Source: Paracoccaceae bacterium
GTDB taxonomy: Bacteria; Pseudomonadota; Alphaproteobacteria; Rhodobacterales; Rhodobacteraceae
Assembly (NCBI GenBank): GCA_040880065.1
Contig: JBBDJE010000003.1
Location: forward strand, 102,772-166,771
Reading direction: 5' to 3'
DNA: 64,000 nucleotides
Shown here one piece after another: positions 9,857 to 19,980 of the stretch. Position 1 is the stretch's first letter, and each line of letters begins with the position of its first letter. The position numbers and the translations under genes are program-made. Below the pieces are notes generated by a model. It was not told where the DNA came from, searched no databases, and saw only the letters and a program-made list of their open reading frames with translations.

Positions 9857-10909
9857 ATGTTCCAGGATCTCGGGTTTGATTCGCTTGGCCCGCGCGATGC
9901 CGCGCTGATATTCGGCCTGGCAATCGGGCTGTTATTTGGTGTTTTTGCGCAAATCTCGCGGTTTTGCCTGCGTTCGGCACTGGTGGGTAACAATCGCACA
10001 CAGGCGGCAGGCATCTGGGCCGCCGCCTTCGCTGTGGCCATACTGGGCACGCAGGTATTGGTTGCAGCAGGTTTTATCAGCTTTGAAAGCCACCGCTTCC
10101 TGTCACCAAGCCTGCCATATGCGGCACTCATTGTTGGTGGTCTGGCCTTTGGCGCGGGCATGGTGCTTACGCGCGGCTGCATTTCGCGGCTTAGCGTGTT
10201 GGTTGCGGGCGGCAATCTGCGCGCCTTCACCGTGCTGGTGATCTTTGCCATCATCGCCCATGCCACGCTTAAAGGTCTGCTCGCGCCACTGCGGGTCTGG
10301 CTGGGCAGCTTCACGCTTGACCTTGGCGCAGCCACAAGCCTTGCGGCACTTCCCGGTGGGGCATGGGCTGGGGCCGGGCTTTTGGCCATTCCGGCACTCT
10401 GGCTGGTTATGCGCAGCCGCGCCCCGCTTGGCAAATTGCTGCTTGGCGCGGGTATCGGTGCGCTGATCCCGCTGGCATGGGTTGGCACCGGCTTCGTGCT
10501 CTATGACGAATTTGACCCGATCGCCCATGAAAGCCTGTCCTTCACCCTTCCCTATGCCGAAACCTTGTTCTGGACCATGGCATCTTCGGCGGTATCCGCG
10601 GGCTTTGGCGTGGGGCTTGTGGGTGGTGTGCTGACGGGCGCGCTGGCCGCAACGCTTGTGCGCGGCGAGTTCAAATGGACCGGCTTTGAAACCCCTGCCA
10701 CCACAGGGCGCTATGCATTGGGTGCTGCGCTTATGGGCGTGGGGGGTGTGCTCGCCGGTGGCTGCACCATAGGCGCTGGCCTGTCGGGCACCGCAACCTT
10801 GTCGCTCGCCGCCCTCATCGCGCTTGCCAGTATTGCTGCGGGTGCTTTGGGCACAAACCGCCTGTTGGCGGCAAGTTCGGTAGGCGCGCTGCGGGCGCAG
10901 ACGGCTTAA
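9857..10909 (+). CDS. YeeE/YedE family sulfur-compound transport protein
   Basis: 350 aa polytopic protein. The FAQISRFCLRSA and GGCTIGAG motifs are typical of YeeE/YedE. It is preceded by an AT-rich promoter region (9740-9856). Confidence 0.85.
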   Translation: MFQDLGFDSLGPRDAALIFGLAIGLLFGVFAQISRFCLRSALVGNNRTQAAGIWAAAFAVAILGTQVLVAAGFISFESHRFLSPSLPYAALIVGGLAFGAGMVLTRGCISRLSVLVAGGNLRAFTVLVIFAIIAHATLKGLLAPLRVWLGSFTLDLGAATSLAALPGGAWAGAGLLAIPALWLVMRSRAPLGKLLLGAGIGALIPLAWVGTGFVLYDEFDPIAHESLSFTLPYAETLFWTMASSAVSAGFGVGLVGGVLTGALAATLVRGEFKWTGFETPATTGRYALGAALMGVGGVLAGGCTIGAGLSGTATLSLAALIALASIAAGALGTNRLLAASSVGALRAQTA

Positions 10910-10972
10910 CCCGAGGGGTTGCAGGGCGGCGCATATGCGCGCCACGCGCTTTTGCAAGCCGAAACCACAAAC

Positions 10973-11003
10973 AAAAAGGGCCGCATCACTGCGGCCCTTT
11001 TGC
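10973..11003. terminator. Bidirectional rho-independent terminator (yeeE and rpsD)
   Basis: aaaaaGGGCCGCAtcacTGCGGCCCttttg, between convergent genes. Confidence 0.6.
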
Positions 11004-11023
11004 GTATCTCTGGCAGTGCCAGC

Positions 11024-11644
11024 TTAGTTCTTGGCGTAGAATTCGACCACGAGGTTCGGTTCCATAAGCACCGGATAAGGCACATCCGAAAGCAACGGGG
11101 TGCGCACGAAGGTTACAACCAGTTTCGAGTGGTCGCAGTTCAGGTATTCCGGCGTGTCGCGCTCGGCCGAAGCCACAGCTTCCATCACCAGCGCCATCTG
11201 CTTGGAGCGCTCGCGCACTTCAATCACGTCACCCTCGTTTACACGGTAGGACGGGATGTTCACTTTTTTGCCGTTCACGGTCACATGGCCATGGTTCACA
11301 AACTGGCGGGCGGCAAATACCGTCGGCACAAGTTTGGAACGGTAGACAACCGCATCAAGACGGCGCTCCAGCAAACCGATAAGATTTTCGCCGGTATCAC
11401 CCTTGATACGCTCGGCTTCACCATAAATGCGGCGAAACTGTTTTTCGGTCAGGTCGCCATAGTAACCCTTCAGCTTTTGCTTTGCACGAAGCTGGGTGCC
11501 GAAATCCGAAAGTTTGTTCTTGCGGCGCTGGCCGTGCTGGCCGGGGCCGTATTCGCGGCGGTTAACGGGAGATTTGGGGCGGCCCCAAATGTTTTCGCCC
11601 ATGCGGCGGTCAATTTTATACTTGGCAGACGTGCGTTTGGTCAC
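11024..11644 (-). CDS. rpsD: 30S ribosomal protein S4
   Basis: 206 aa. [26 protein letters not shown]... plus an S4 RNA-binding domain. Confidence 0.97.
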   Translation of the reverse strand: MTKRTSAKYKIDRRMGENIWGRPKSPVNRREYGPGQHGQRRKNKLSDFGTQLRAKQKLKGYYGDLTEKQFRRIYGEAERIKGDTGENLIGLLERRLDAVVYRSKLVPTVFAARQFVNHGHVTVNGKKVNIPSYRVNEGDVIEVRERSKQMALVMEAVASAERDTPEYLNCDHSKLVVTFVRTPLLSDVPYPVLMEPNLVVEFYAKN

Positions 11645-11885
11645 GGCTGGATCCTTTCAATGTATGAAAGGTGCTTTCCTTTCCCCGAAGGGCGACAGGT
11701 GCTCCCTTGCGGGAACCACAAACACCAATACCGGCCCCCATTGGCCGGATGCGCGGGTTATAGGCATCTGTGCACCAGAGTCAACAGCCCGAGGCGGCGA
11801 TTTCCTTGAACGCAGCACGGCATTGCACCATAACAAAACCAATTCCACGCCTAATGAGCCGGCCCCGCACCACAAAAGGACGACT

Positions 11886-12590
11886 ATGCGAATTTGCATC
11901 ATCAGCAACAGCCATGCCGGCGCGCTCAAACACGCGCTTGATACCGAACCCGCCCTCGCGCAAGGCCATGATATTTCCTTTTTCGCATCGCGCGGCGCCA
12001 AGGTCTCGAAATTTACCCTGATAGATGATGTCATCAGCACGACAGACCTTGCATCGGTTCGCTATGCAACCGGCGGGAAGTTTACACAGATCGCGCCGGG
12101 TGATTTTGATGCGCTGGTGTTTTACGGTATCCAGTTGCGTTTTGGTCACTGGTTGTTTCCGCCAGAGGACGCCGATTGGGGCATTGCGAATGCATCCTCG
12201 GCGTTTCGCGGTGAGATGATAATCGAACATTTGTCAAACTCCATGGCCGTGCAATTCGCCTATCTGGTCTGCGCAAGCCCTGTCTGGCAGGCGCAGGTGG
12301 TCGTCGCCCCAAGCCCGGTGCAGGCGGCACCCGACATCGCGCGCAGCGCACCATTTCCGCTCGATGAAATCAACCTTGCCGCCGCCACGATGTGTTCGGG
12401 CTTTGGTGCGCGTTTTGTGCCGCAACCCAAGGAAACGCTCGCCGCAACCGGTTTTACCTATGACCGTTTCGCCAAAGGCTCATTGCGCCTGAACGAAGAA
12501 AGAGCCGCACATGACGACACTGAGCGCAAACACATGAATGCAGCCTTTGGCGCGTTGATACTGCGTGACATCCTCGCCGCACTTCGCTAG
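11886..12590 (+). CDS. Hypothetical protein (no family recognised)
   Basis: Track ORF 11496..12590 overlaps rpsD. I use the internal ATG at 11886 (MRICIISNSHAGALKHALD...), giving 234 aa with coding-like composition. Confidence 0.5.
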   Translation: MRICIISNSHAGALKHALDTEPALAQGHDISFFASRGAKVSKFTLIDDVISTTDLASVRYATGGKFTQIAPGDFDALVFYGIQLRFGHWLFPPEDADWGIANASSAFRGEMIIEHLSNSMAVQFAYLVCASPVWQAQVVVAPSPVQAAPDIARSAPFPLDEINLAAATMCSGFGARFVPQPKETLAATGFTYDRFAKGSLRLNEERAAHDDTERKHMNAAFGALILRDILAALR

Positions 12591-12599
12591 CACGGCACA

Positions 12600-13370
12600 A
12601 TGCTGTCCTATCAACATGCCTTTCACGCCGGAAACCCCGCCGACTTGCACAAGCATTTCGTGCTGGCCGGACTGTTGGCACAGCTTGTGCGCAAACCGCG
12701 ACCGGTTACCTATATGGAAACCCATGCCGGGCGCGGATTATACGACCTTTCCGCCCCCGAAGCCCTAAAAACCGGCGAGGCGGCGCTTGGCATTGCAAGC
12801 GTTACCCTGCCCGTTGGCCCCTATGCGCAGGCGCTTGCGGCAACGCGTGCGCTACACGGCCCAAACGCCTATCCCGGCTCGCCACTGATTGCACAAACCT
12901 TGCTGCGCGATGCCGACCAGTTGCACCTGATGGAGCTTCACCCCGCCGAGCGCGCTGCCCTGCGACGCAACCTTGCAAGCGCCAATACGCATATCCACCA
13001 CCGTTCCGGCCCCGAAGGCGTGCTGGCCATCTCGCCGCCCAAACCAAGGCGGGGGCTTGTGCTGGTCGACCCTTCCTATGAGGTGAAAACCGAATACGAG
13101 ACTACGGCAAAATTCGCCCGCGCCCTTGTGGCCAAATGGCCCGAGGCACTGCTGCTTATCTGGTATCCGCTTTTGCCCGATAACCGCCACCAGCCGCTCG
13201 TCAGCGGGCTGCAAATGCTCCGCCCGCTGCGCCATGAAGTGGCGTTTGACCAAAAAGACGGGCGCGGGATGCTTGGCTCGGGCCTGTTGCTGCTCAACCC
13301 GCCGCACGGAATCGGGCAGGTGTTTGATGCGGTCATTCCGGCTTGCGCCGGTGTTCTGCGCAGTGCCTGA
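12600..13370 (+). CDS. rlmJ: 23S rRNA (adenine2030-N6)-methyltransferase RlmJ
   Basis: 256 aa. MLSYQHAFHAGNPADLHKHFVL is the RlmJ N-terminal signature. VLVDPSYE is also present. Confidence 0.85.
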   Translation: MLSYQHAFHAGNPADLHKHFVLAGLLAQLVRKPRPVTYMETHAGRGLYDLSAPEALKTGEAALGIASVTLPVGPYAQALAATRALHGPNAYPGSPLIAQTLLRDADQLHLMELHPAERAALRRNLASANTHIHHRSGPEGVLAISPPKPRRGLVLVDPSYEVKTEYETTAKFARALVAKWPEALLLIWYPLLPDNRHQPLVSGLQMLRPLRHEVAFDQKDGRGMLGSGLLLLNPPHGIGQVFDAVIPACAGVLRSA

Positions 13371-13462
13371 TCCGCGCTACCCCCAAGCCAGCCTGTTGAT
13401 TTGCACCAGAGGCACCGGCACGGCTTCGGGCTGGCCAGCGGCAATAAACGGCGCTTGAAGCG

Positions 13463-13597
13463 CTACTTTTTTCCTTTGGGTTTTTCCTGCGTCACAATCG
13501 GCTTGTTTGCGCCGGAATTGGAAACATAGGGCGTTTTGGTCACTTCTTTTTTCGGTTTCTTGGCTTCTTTGTTGCTGCGAGATTGTCCCTTGGACAT
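13463..13597 (-). CDS. Small Lys-rich basic protein (44 aa), hypothetical
   Basis: MSKGQSRSNKEAKKPKKEVTKTPYVSNSGANKPIVTQEKPKGKK, with an AAGGA RBS 8 nt upstream of the ATG at 13597. The longer track ORF (to 13852) looks non-coding upstream. Confidence 0.4.
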   Translation of the reverse strand: MSKGQSRSNKEAKKPKKEVTKTPYVSNSGANKPIVTQEKPKGKK

Positions 13598-14204
13598 AAC
13601 GGCATCCTTTGCTTGAAACCCGGCGGCGATGACACTCATCGCCGCATTGGGTTTGTAGGCAGAACACTGCGCGCGAACCCGCCAAACGTCAATTGCGCAT
13701 GTCATATCTGCTCCGAAAATCGCCCGCGATCGATCGCCAAGCAATTCGCTCGACCCGACCAATCGGCGCTTCATCTGGCTTGGGCTGGCCCGCCATATGG
13801 CGCGAAATTCCGCCTTCATGGCCAACGGGAGCCTTGTGCCCCGGCCCGTCAAGCGGCCGTAACCGCCGCGCCGGCACCGCGTAGGGCGGCAACGGGCTCA
13901 TTCTCTTGTTGGGGTTCAATTACGCGGATAGCGTGGCGCAAACGCAATTTTGTGTTTGATTTGAGTGCAAAACGGTAAAATAAAGCAACCCCTAAATGCG
14001 GAAAACTCGCCATTCATCTTATTTAACGGATGCTTTTTGACGACCGCTTTCGTCCCGATCAATTTGGATATATTGGCTCTTTTCGCAATTAATAAGCAAA
14101 AGATCGCTTATCCCTGAGAAACCGCTTTGGTCTGCTTCTGAAATAACTATGCTCCGGCTTCGCGCAATGGTGCGCCGCAGTATTTTCAGGAAAAGGATGT
14201 CCAT

Positions 14205-14732
14205 ATGAATTTCTCACGGACACTCACAAGCATGTTTGCCGTTCTCCTTGTCACATTAGCCGCCTGCGCGCCCGTCAACCGGATCAACCCGTTGTCGATG
14301 GCCGTCGCGCGCTCATTGTTGATTTCCGATGTTGTGGTCAACACCGATGCTGCCGCTTTTGAAAACGAATTGGCGCGCGACTATAGCAGCCAACTTGCCG
14401 GTGATCTCGATGTCGAACTAACCCGCGCCTTTGGCGACCGCATTCATCCCAATGGCATGATCATGCGCGTTGAAATCAGCCGTCTGAATGTTGCCAATTC
14501 CGGCACCAATGCCTTTGGCCGCGACCAATCCGCGCTTCAGGGCACCGTTCAAATCGTCAGCCCGTCCGATAACAGCGTTCTGGCCAATTACAGCATTGAT
14601 GTGCGCGTTGGCCAAGCCTCCGAAACGCGCTTGGGTGCAGTGCTGTCAGCCGCCGTTCAAAGCAGCCAAAACTTCTACCGCCGCTTGGTCGATGAGTTCG
14701 TCCGCGACACCAAGACTCGCGTCTTAGAATAA
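14205..14732 (+). CDS. Lipoprotein, function unknown
   Basis: 175 aa. The signal peptide has a lipobox (VLLVTLAAC). An AT-rich promoter region lies upstream. Confidence 0.7.
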   Translation: MNFSRTLTSMFAVLLVTLAACAPVNRINPLSMAVARSLLISDVVVNTDAAAFENELARDYSSQLAGDLDVELTRAFGDRIHPNGMIMRVEISRLNVANSGTNAFGRDQSALQGTVQIVSPSDNSVLANYSIDVRVGQASETRLGAVLSAAVQSSQNFYRRLVDEFVRDTKTRVLE

Positions 14733-14902
14733 AGCCAAAAATCGACCCTGACAGTGCAGGTGAGTTATTGCATTGTCAGGGGCAGCTTGTTGAGTGTCGG
14801 CTGAGGAGCCGGTGGCCTGCGACGGTTCAGATGCACATCTGCAAACAGCAAAGTGGTAATCAGCGGAGCAAGTATTACATGCCGCTTGTGCTCTGCGCCC
14901 CC

Positions 14903-17269
14903 TCACCCGCATTTCGAATGCCCGCAGCTTGTGCAAATCATGCAGCCCTCCTGCATCACCAGTGCATATTGCCCGCAATTCGGGCAGGCCGGGCCGCGCG
15001 GGCGCTTTGCGGTCGCGGCATGCGGGTCGCTCTTCAGCCCCGCGCCGCTGGCCGCCAGAAAGCCGATATCAACCATATGCCCCTCTATCACCCCGCCAAT
15101 CGCCGCCAGAATGCTGGGCACATAGCGCCCGTCCATCCAGGCCCCGCCGCGCGGGTCGAACACGGCCTTTAGCTCTTCCACCACGAAGCTCACATCACCC
15201 CCGCGCCGGAACACCGCCGAGATCATCCGCGTGAGCGCCACGGTCCAGGCGAAATGCTCCATGTTCTTGGAGTTGATGAACACCTCGAACGGGCGGCGCA
15301 GCCCGTCGAGAAACACATCGTTGATGGTGATGTAAATGGCGTGTTCGCTGTCGGGCCATTTGATCTTATAGGTCCGCCCGTCCAGCTCTTCGGGCCGCGC
15401 CATCGGCTCGCTGCCCGGCGCTGCGTGGCCAATAACCGGCGTAGCCTCGGTGGAAAGCACCGAACCCAGCACATCATTCGGGCGATAGGTGGTTATGCCC
15501 TTCAGCCCCGCCTTCCACGCGCGCAAATATAGCGCTTCGAATTCTTCAAACGGATAATCCGCAGGCACGTTCACGGTTTTGGAAATCGCCGCGCAAATAT
15601 AGGGCTGCACCGCCGCCTGCATGGCCATATGGTCAAGCGCCGAAATCTCCAGCGCGTTCACAAAGCTTTCGGGCAAGGCCGCATCGCCATGGGCGGCGCG
15701 CCATGCCCGCCAGGCCGGGTCTTCCACCCGATATTCGCGCATGCTGTTGTCGGGCTGGCGCTTCTTGCGCGTGTAGTGCCATGAAAACGGCGGCTCGATC
15801 CCGTTGGAGGCGTTATCGGCAAAGGCCAGCGAAATGGTGCCGGTTGGCGCGATCGACAGCAAGTGGCTGTTGCGCATTCCGCCCTTGGAAATGGCGGCGC
15901 GAATGTCATCGGGGAGGCGGCTGGCCATGCCGGATGCCAGAAACTTCGCGGCTTCAAACTTCGGGAACGCGCCTTTTTCGCCAGCCAGCGCAATGCTGGC
16001 ACGATAGGCCGCATCGCGCATCACCCGCGCAATCTGCTCGGCCATGGCGCGCGCTTCGGCGCTGTCATAGCGCAGCCCCAGCATGATCAGCGCATCGCCA
16101 AGGCCGGTAAAGCCAAGCCCGACACGGCGCTTGGCCTCGGCCTCGGCAGCTTGTTCAGCCAGTGGCCAGACGGTTACGCTCAGCACATTGTCAAGCATGC
16201 GCACGGCCACTGGCACAAGCTTGGCAAAAGCGTCAAAGTCAAAGCGCGCGTTGGGTTCAAACGCATCATGCACAAAGCGCAACAGGTTGATCGACCCGAG
16301 GCAGCAGCAGCCATGGTCGGGAATGGGAATTTCGCCGCAAGGATTCGTTGCCTCGATCACCTCGCAATAATGCAGGTTGTTCTCGGCATTGATCCTGTCC
16401 AAAAACAGCACACCGGGTTCTGCCGCCCGATAGGTGTTTTGCATGATCTGGTCCCACAAATCCCGCGCGCGCACCGTGGCATAAATCCATTTACCATCGC
16501 CGCGCTGGCTGCCACCCGCCGCCGGCTCCACCTTATGCACAAGCTCAAAGCCGGTATCGGCATCCACCGCCTGCATGAACGCATCGGTTATACCAACAGA
16601 AATGTTGAAATTGTTCAACCGACCGGCTTCGGCCTTGGCGGCGATGAAGTCGGCAATATCAGGGTGATCGCAGCGCAGCACACCCATTTGCGCCCCGCGC
16701 CGCGCGCCTGCGCTTTCCACCGTAGCGCAAGATTGGTCAAACACATGCATGTAGCTAACCGGACCGGAAGCGGCCGAATTCGTGCCCTTCACCCGCGCGC
16801 CTTTGGGGCGGATCGAGGAAAAGTCATAGCCCACACCGCCACCGCGGCGCATGGTTTCCGCCGCCATGCGCAAAGCGTGGTAAATGCCGACCTTGCCGTC
16901 AACCGTGTCGGAAATACTGTCGCCCACCGGCTGCACGAAACAGTTGATGAGCGTCACATTGGCAATATCGGTGCCCGCCGCCGAGTTGATGCGGCCACCG
17001 GGAATGAACCCGGCATCGAGCGCGGCGCGAAACACCGGCTCCCAGTGCTCTGGCGCATCTTCTACCGCCGCCAAAGCCCGCGCCACGCGGCGGCGAATCG
17101 CATCGACCATTGCTTCGCCGTCCAGCTCTTGCTCATCGCCCTTGGCATATTTCTCGCGCAGCACATCAAGCGAGACCTCTTGCCACGCCTCGGCAGTCGT
17201 TGAAAAAGCGGTCAGGTCTAGCTTGTTCATATGCAGAATCCGAGGGTTTTGTGGTGTTTGAGCGGGCAA
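14903..17269 (-). CDS. nrdJ: Adenosylcobalamin-dependent (class II) ribonucleotide reductase
   Basis: 788 aa with the class II RNR core (NPCGEIP..., [18 protein letters not shown]) and a C-terminal CxxC...CxxC zinc ribbon ([27 protein letters not shown]). The start may be Met14 (17230). Confidence 0.93.
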   Translation of the reverse strand: MPAQTPQNPRILHMNKLDLTAFSTTAEAWQEVSLDVLREKYAKGDEQELDGEAMVDAIRRRVARALAAVEDAPEHWEPVFRAALDAGFIPGGRINSAAGTDIANVTLINCFVQPVGDSISDTVDGKVGIYHALRMAAETMRRGGGVGYDFSSIRPKGARVKGTNSAASGPVSYMHVFDQSCATVESAGARRGAQMGVLRCDHPDIADFIAAKAEAGRLNNFNISVGITDAFMQAVDADTGFELVHKVEPAAGGSQRGDGKWIYATVRARDLWDQIMQNTYRAAEPGVLFLDRINAENNLHYCEVIEATNPCGEIPIPDHGCCCLGSINLLRFVHDAFEPNARFDFDAFAKLVPVAVRMLDNVLSVTVWPLAEQAAEAEAKRRVGLGFTGLGDALIMLGLRYDSAEARAMAEQIARVMRDAAYRASIALAGEKGAFPKFEAAKFLASGMASRLPDDIRAAISKGGMRNSHLLSIAPTGTISLAFADNASNGIEPPFSWHYTRKKRQPDNSMREYRVEDPAWRAWRAAHGDAALPESFVNALEISALDHMAMQAAVQPYICAAISKTVNVPADYPFEEFEALYLRAWKAGLKGITTYRPNDVLGSVLSTEATPVIGHAAPGSEPMARPEELDGRTYKIKWPDSEHAIYITINDVFLDGLRRPFEVFINSKNMEHFAWTVALTRMISAVFRRGGDVSFVVEELKAVFDPRGGAWMDGRYVPSILAAIGGVIEGHMVDIGFLAASGAGLKSDPHAATAKRPRGPACPNCGQYALVMQEGCMICTSCGHSKCG

Positions 17270-17318
17270 TCACCCTACGCGCTCCAGTTTAGTCGATCAA
17301 GTAAAATAGAACATCTTG

Positions 17319-17333
17319 TGAACATGGACACAG
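17319..17333. promoter_or_regulatory. Candidate alphaproteobacterial LexA (SOS) box GAAC-N7-GAAC
   Basis: GAACatcttgtGAAC lies in the 112-bp divergent intergenic region between nrdJ and the DUF1489 gene. It matches the GTTC-N7-GTTC direct-repeat SOS box known from Rhodobacter and Rhizobium. Confidence 0.35.
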
Positions 17334-17381
17334 CGCCGATTTCGCACTAATTAACCTTTTGGAAGGATCCCTCAAAGCACC

Positions 17382-17807
17382 ATGGCAAAACTCCATCTCA
17401 TGAAACTGTCTGTCGGCACGACCGACATTGCCGACCTCGCCGCCTGGCAAGACAGCCGCAGCCGTGCCACGGGCCTGCCCAGCCAGCATGTCACCCGCAT
17501 GTGGCCCAAACGTGCGGCTGAATTGCTGCAAGGCGGCTCGATCTACTGGGTGATCAAGGGTGTGATGCAGGCCCGCCAGCGCCTGCTGCGCCTTGACGAG
17601 GTGATCGGCGATGACGGCATTCGTCGCTGCGCGCTCATCCTCGATCCGCAGATCATGCGCACCAGCCCCACCCCGCGCCGCGCCTTTCAGGGCTGGCGCT
17701 ATCTGGCGGCCGGTGATGCCCCGCCCGACCTCGGCCCCTACCGCGCCGGACAGCAGGACCTGCCCGAAGAGCTTGAACAAAAGCTCGCAGCGCTTGGTGT
17801 GCTTTAA
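17382..17807 (+). CDS. DUF1489 family protein
   Basis: 141 aa. MAKLHLMKLSVGTTDIADLAAWQ...YWVIKG resembles the DUF1489 family common in alphaproteobacteria. Confidence 0.8.
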   Translation: MAKLHLMKLSVGTTDIADLAAWQDSRSRATGLPSQHVTRMWPKRAAELLQGGSIYWVIKGVMQARQRLLRLDEVIGDDGIRRCALILDPQIMRTSPTPRRAFQGWRYLAAGDAPPDLGPYRAGQQDLPEELEQKLAALGVL

Positions 17808-17939
17808 CGCCGCCTTGCGTCAAACCCCTTCGCCCCGGCCCCTGTTGCAAGCACTATCCGTCACCTGCGGCATCTCGGCACCTGCCCTTGAAACCCGAAC
17901 AGTTGCTGCTTTAGTTCCTCCCAACAAAAGGAGCACATT

Positions 17940-18575
17940 ATGACAGATACTGGCCTGCGCATTGGCGACACTGCGCCAGATTTCACCACCGATACCAGCA
18001 CCGGCACGATCAGTTTTCATGACTGGATCGGTGATAGCTGGGCGTATTTCTTCAGCCATCCGGCTGATTTTACGCCCGTTTGCACCACCGAGATGGGCCG
18101 CACCGCACAGTTGGCCAAAGACTTTGCCAAGCGCAATTGCAAGCCGCTTGGCCTGTCGACCGACACCGCCGCCGAGCATTTGAAGTGGATCGAGGATGTC
18201 AACGACACCCAAAACACCGACCTGCGCTTTCCCATTGTGGCCGACCCTGACCTGAAGGTCGCGCAGCTTTATGGCATGATCCATCCTTCCGAGAGCACAA
18301 CCGCCGCCGTGCGTTCGGTTTTCATCATCGACCCGAACAAGAAGATCCGCCTCACCATGACCTACCCCATGAATGTGGGCCGCAATTTCGCCGAGATTTT
18401 GCGGGTGATCGACGCGCTGCAACTCGCCGATGAGAAATCTATCGCCACCCCGGCCGACTGGCAGCCTGGCGGCGATGTCATCATTCCGCCTTCGGTGGAT
18501 AATGAACAAGCCAAGAGCCTGTTTCCGCAGGGATGGGACGAAATTCGCCCCTATCTGCGTGTCACCAAGGTTTAA
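17940..18575 (+). CDS. Peroxiredoxin (1-Cys/Prx6-like)
   Basis: 211 aa. GDTAPDFTTDT...SWAYFFSHPADFTPVCTTE is the peroxidatic Cys motif. An AAGGAG RBS is present. Confidence 0.93.
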   Translation: MTDTGLRIGDTAPDFTTDTSTGTISFHDWIGDSWAYFFSHPADFTPVCTTEMGRTAQLAKDFAKRNCKPLGLSTDTAAEHLKWIEDVNDTQNTDLRFPIVADPDLKVAQLYGMIHPSESTTAAVRSVFIIDPNKKIRLTMTYPMNVGRNFAEILRVIDALQLADEKSIATPADWQPGGDVIIPPSVDNEQAKSLFPQGWDEIRPYLRVTKV

Positions 18576-19288
18576 ACCTCATCCCCCAGCCGTCCGGGTT
18601 CCGGGCGGCTGGCGGCCTCTGCGGCCACGCTTGGCGCAACAATAGGCGCGCTCAACGCCGAAAGCGCCAGCTTCTGGCGGCCAAGGGCATCAAAATTTCC
18701 CGCGTCCAGCCATGTTTCAAACGCAGCGCGCAGCGCGGGCCATTCTTTATCAATTGCGGCAAACCACGCGGTATCACGGTTGCGGCCTTTCACAATAGCG
18801 GCCTGCCGGAACACGCCCTCATAGCTTAGCCCATAGCGCAGGGCGGCGCGGCGGCTGGCGACGTTGAGCGCGTTGCACTTCCATTCAAACCGCCGGTAGC
18901 CTGCCTCAAAGCTCCACTTCAGCGCCAGATATATCGCCTCGGTGGCCGCGCGTGTGCGCTGCAAGGCAGGTGAGAACGAGATATAGCCAACCTCAATGCT
19001 CCCCGCTGCCGGGTCTATCCGCAGCAGGCTTAGGCTGCCCTGCGGGGTGCCATCCACCACCACGGCAAACTGCAACGGGTCATCCACCGCAATTGCGCCA
19101 TCCAGCCACGCCCTGTAAGCGTTCAGCGTTTCAAACGGTCCATTGGGCATATAATCCCACATCTGGCCAGTATCGCGGCTGAAGGCCTCAAACAGCGCAG
19201 GCGCATGGGCGGGGGCCAGCGGTTCCAGCGTGCAATAGTGGCCCACAAGCGGCGCGCGCGCAGGGCGGGGTGGCGGTGTAAATGGCAT
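18572..19288 (-). CDS. GNAT family N-acetyltransferase (RimJ/RimL-like)
   Basis: 238 aa. RFEWKCNALNVASRRAALRYGLSYEGVFR is a typical GNAT C-terminal core. Confidence 0.8.
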   Translation of the reverse strand: MPFTPPPRPARAPLVGHYCTLEPLAPAHAPALFEAFSRDTGQMWDYMPNGPFETLNAYRAWLDGAIAVDDPLQFAVVVDGTPQGSLSLLRIDPAAGSIEVGYISFSPALQRTRAATEAIYLALKWSFEAGYRRFEWKCNALNVASRRAALRYGLSYEGVFRQAAIVKGRNRDTAWFAAIDKEWPALRAAFETWLDAGNFDALGRQKLALSALSAPIVAPSVAAEAASRPEPGRLGDEV

Positions 19289-19980
19289 CAGATCAGCCTT
19301 AAAACATCATGCAGCTCTGGCATCGCCTCGATCACATGAAAACGCGCGGCACCGACGGGCGGCTCGGCATGGTCCAGCACCCAGTGGTGGGTGCTTGGAA
19401 TATGCACGCCCCACGCGCCCGCTTCCAGCGCTGGAATGATGTCGGATTTCAGCGAATTGCCGACCATCATCGCACTGTCTGCCCCCGCGCCGTGGCGCGC
19501 GAACAGGCGCGCGTAAGCCGCTGCATCCTTTTCGCTCACAATTTCGACCGCATCGAAATAATCGCCAAGCCCCGAGGCGGCGACCTTGCGCTCCTGGTCA
19601 AACAAATCGCCCTTGGTCACAATCATCAGCCGGAACGCGCCCTGAAGCGCCGCCAGCGTTTGCGCCACACCGGGCATGGGCGTTACCGGATGCGCCAAAA
19701 TCTCCTGCCCCGCATGCAGAATTTCGCGCAATGAGCGCACTGGCACCCGCTCATCGGTGATCTCGATCGCGGTTTCGATCATCGACAGGGTAAAGCCCTT
19801 CACACCATAGCCATAGCGTGCAAGGTTGCGCCGCTCGGCCTCCAGCAGCCGCGCAGTCAGATCGGCGGGGTCGGCATATTCGGCCAGCAGCGCCATGAAG
19901 CGCGCTTCGGTTATCTTGTAATATTCTTCATGCGGCCAAAGCGTGTCATCGGCATCAAAAGCAATGGTCGTAAGCGCCAT
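19288..19980 (-). CDS. HAD family hydrolase
   Basis: 230 aa with the DADDTLW motif I and the VGNSLKSD motif. Confidence 0.8.
   Translation of the reverse strand: MALTTIAFDADDTLWPHEEYYKITEARFMALLAEYADPADLTARLLEAERRNLARYGYGVKGFTLSMIETAIEITDERVPVRSLREILHAGQEILAHPVTPMPGVAQTLAALQGAFRLMIVTKGDLFDQERKVAASGLGDYFDAVEIVSEKDAAAYARLFARHGAGADSAMMVGNSLKSDIIPALEAGAWGVHIPSTHHWVLDHAEPPVGAARFHVIEAMPELHDVLRLI

Noticed and set aside
9823-10957. 221-aa and 284-aa reverse-strand ORFs
   Set aside because: Both are antisense to the YeeE/YedE gene, and their composition is not protein-like.
14019-14204. 61-aa ORF in the AT-rich stretch upstream of the lipoprotein gene
   Set aside because: It would start back-to-back with the lipoprotein ATG, leaving no promoter space. 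There is no RBS. AT-rich intergenic DNA readily gives such ORFs.
15863-17203. 446-aa ORF on the forward strand
   Set aside because: It is antisense to nrdJ. The Arg/Ala/Gly-rich sequence has no domain features, so it is a shadow ORF.
17270-17381. NrdR boxes upstream of nrdJ
   Set aside because: I looked for the paired 16-bp palindromes (acaCwAtATaTwgtgt type) and found only ACAAGATGT with non-palindromic centre bases. The sequence is better described as a GAAC-N7-GAAC direct repeat.
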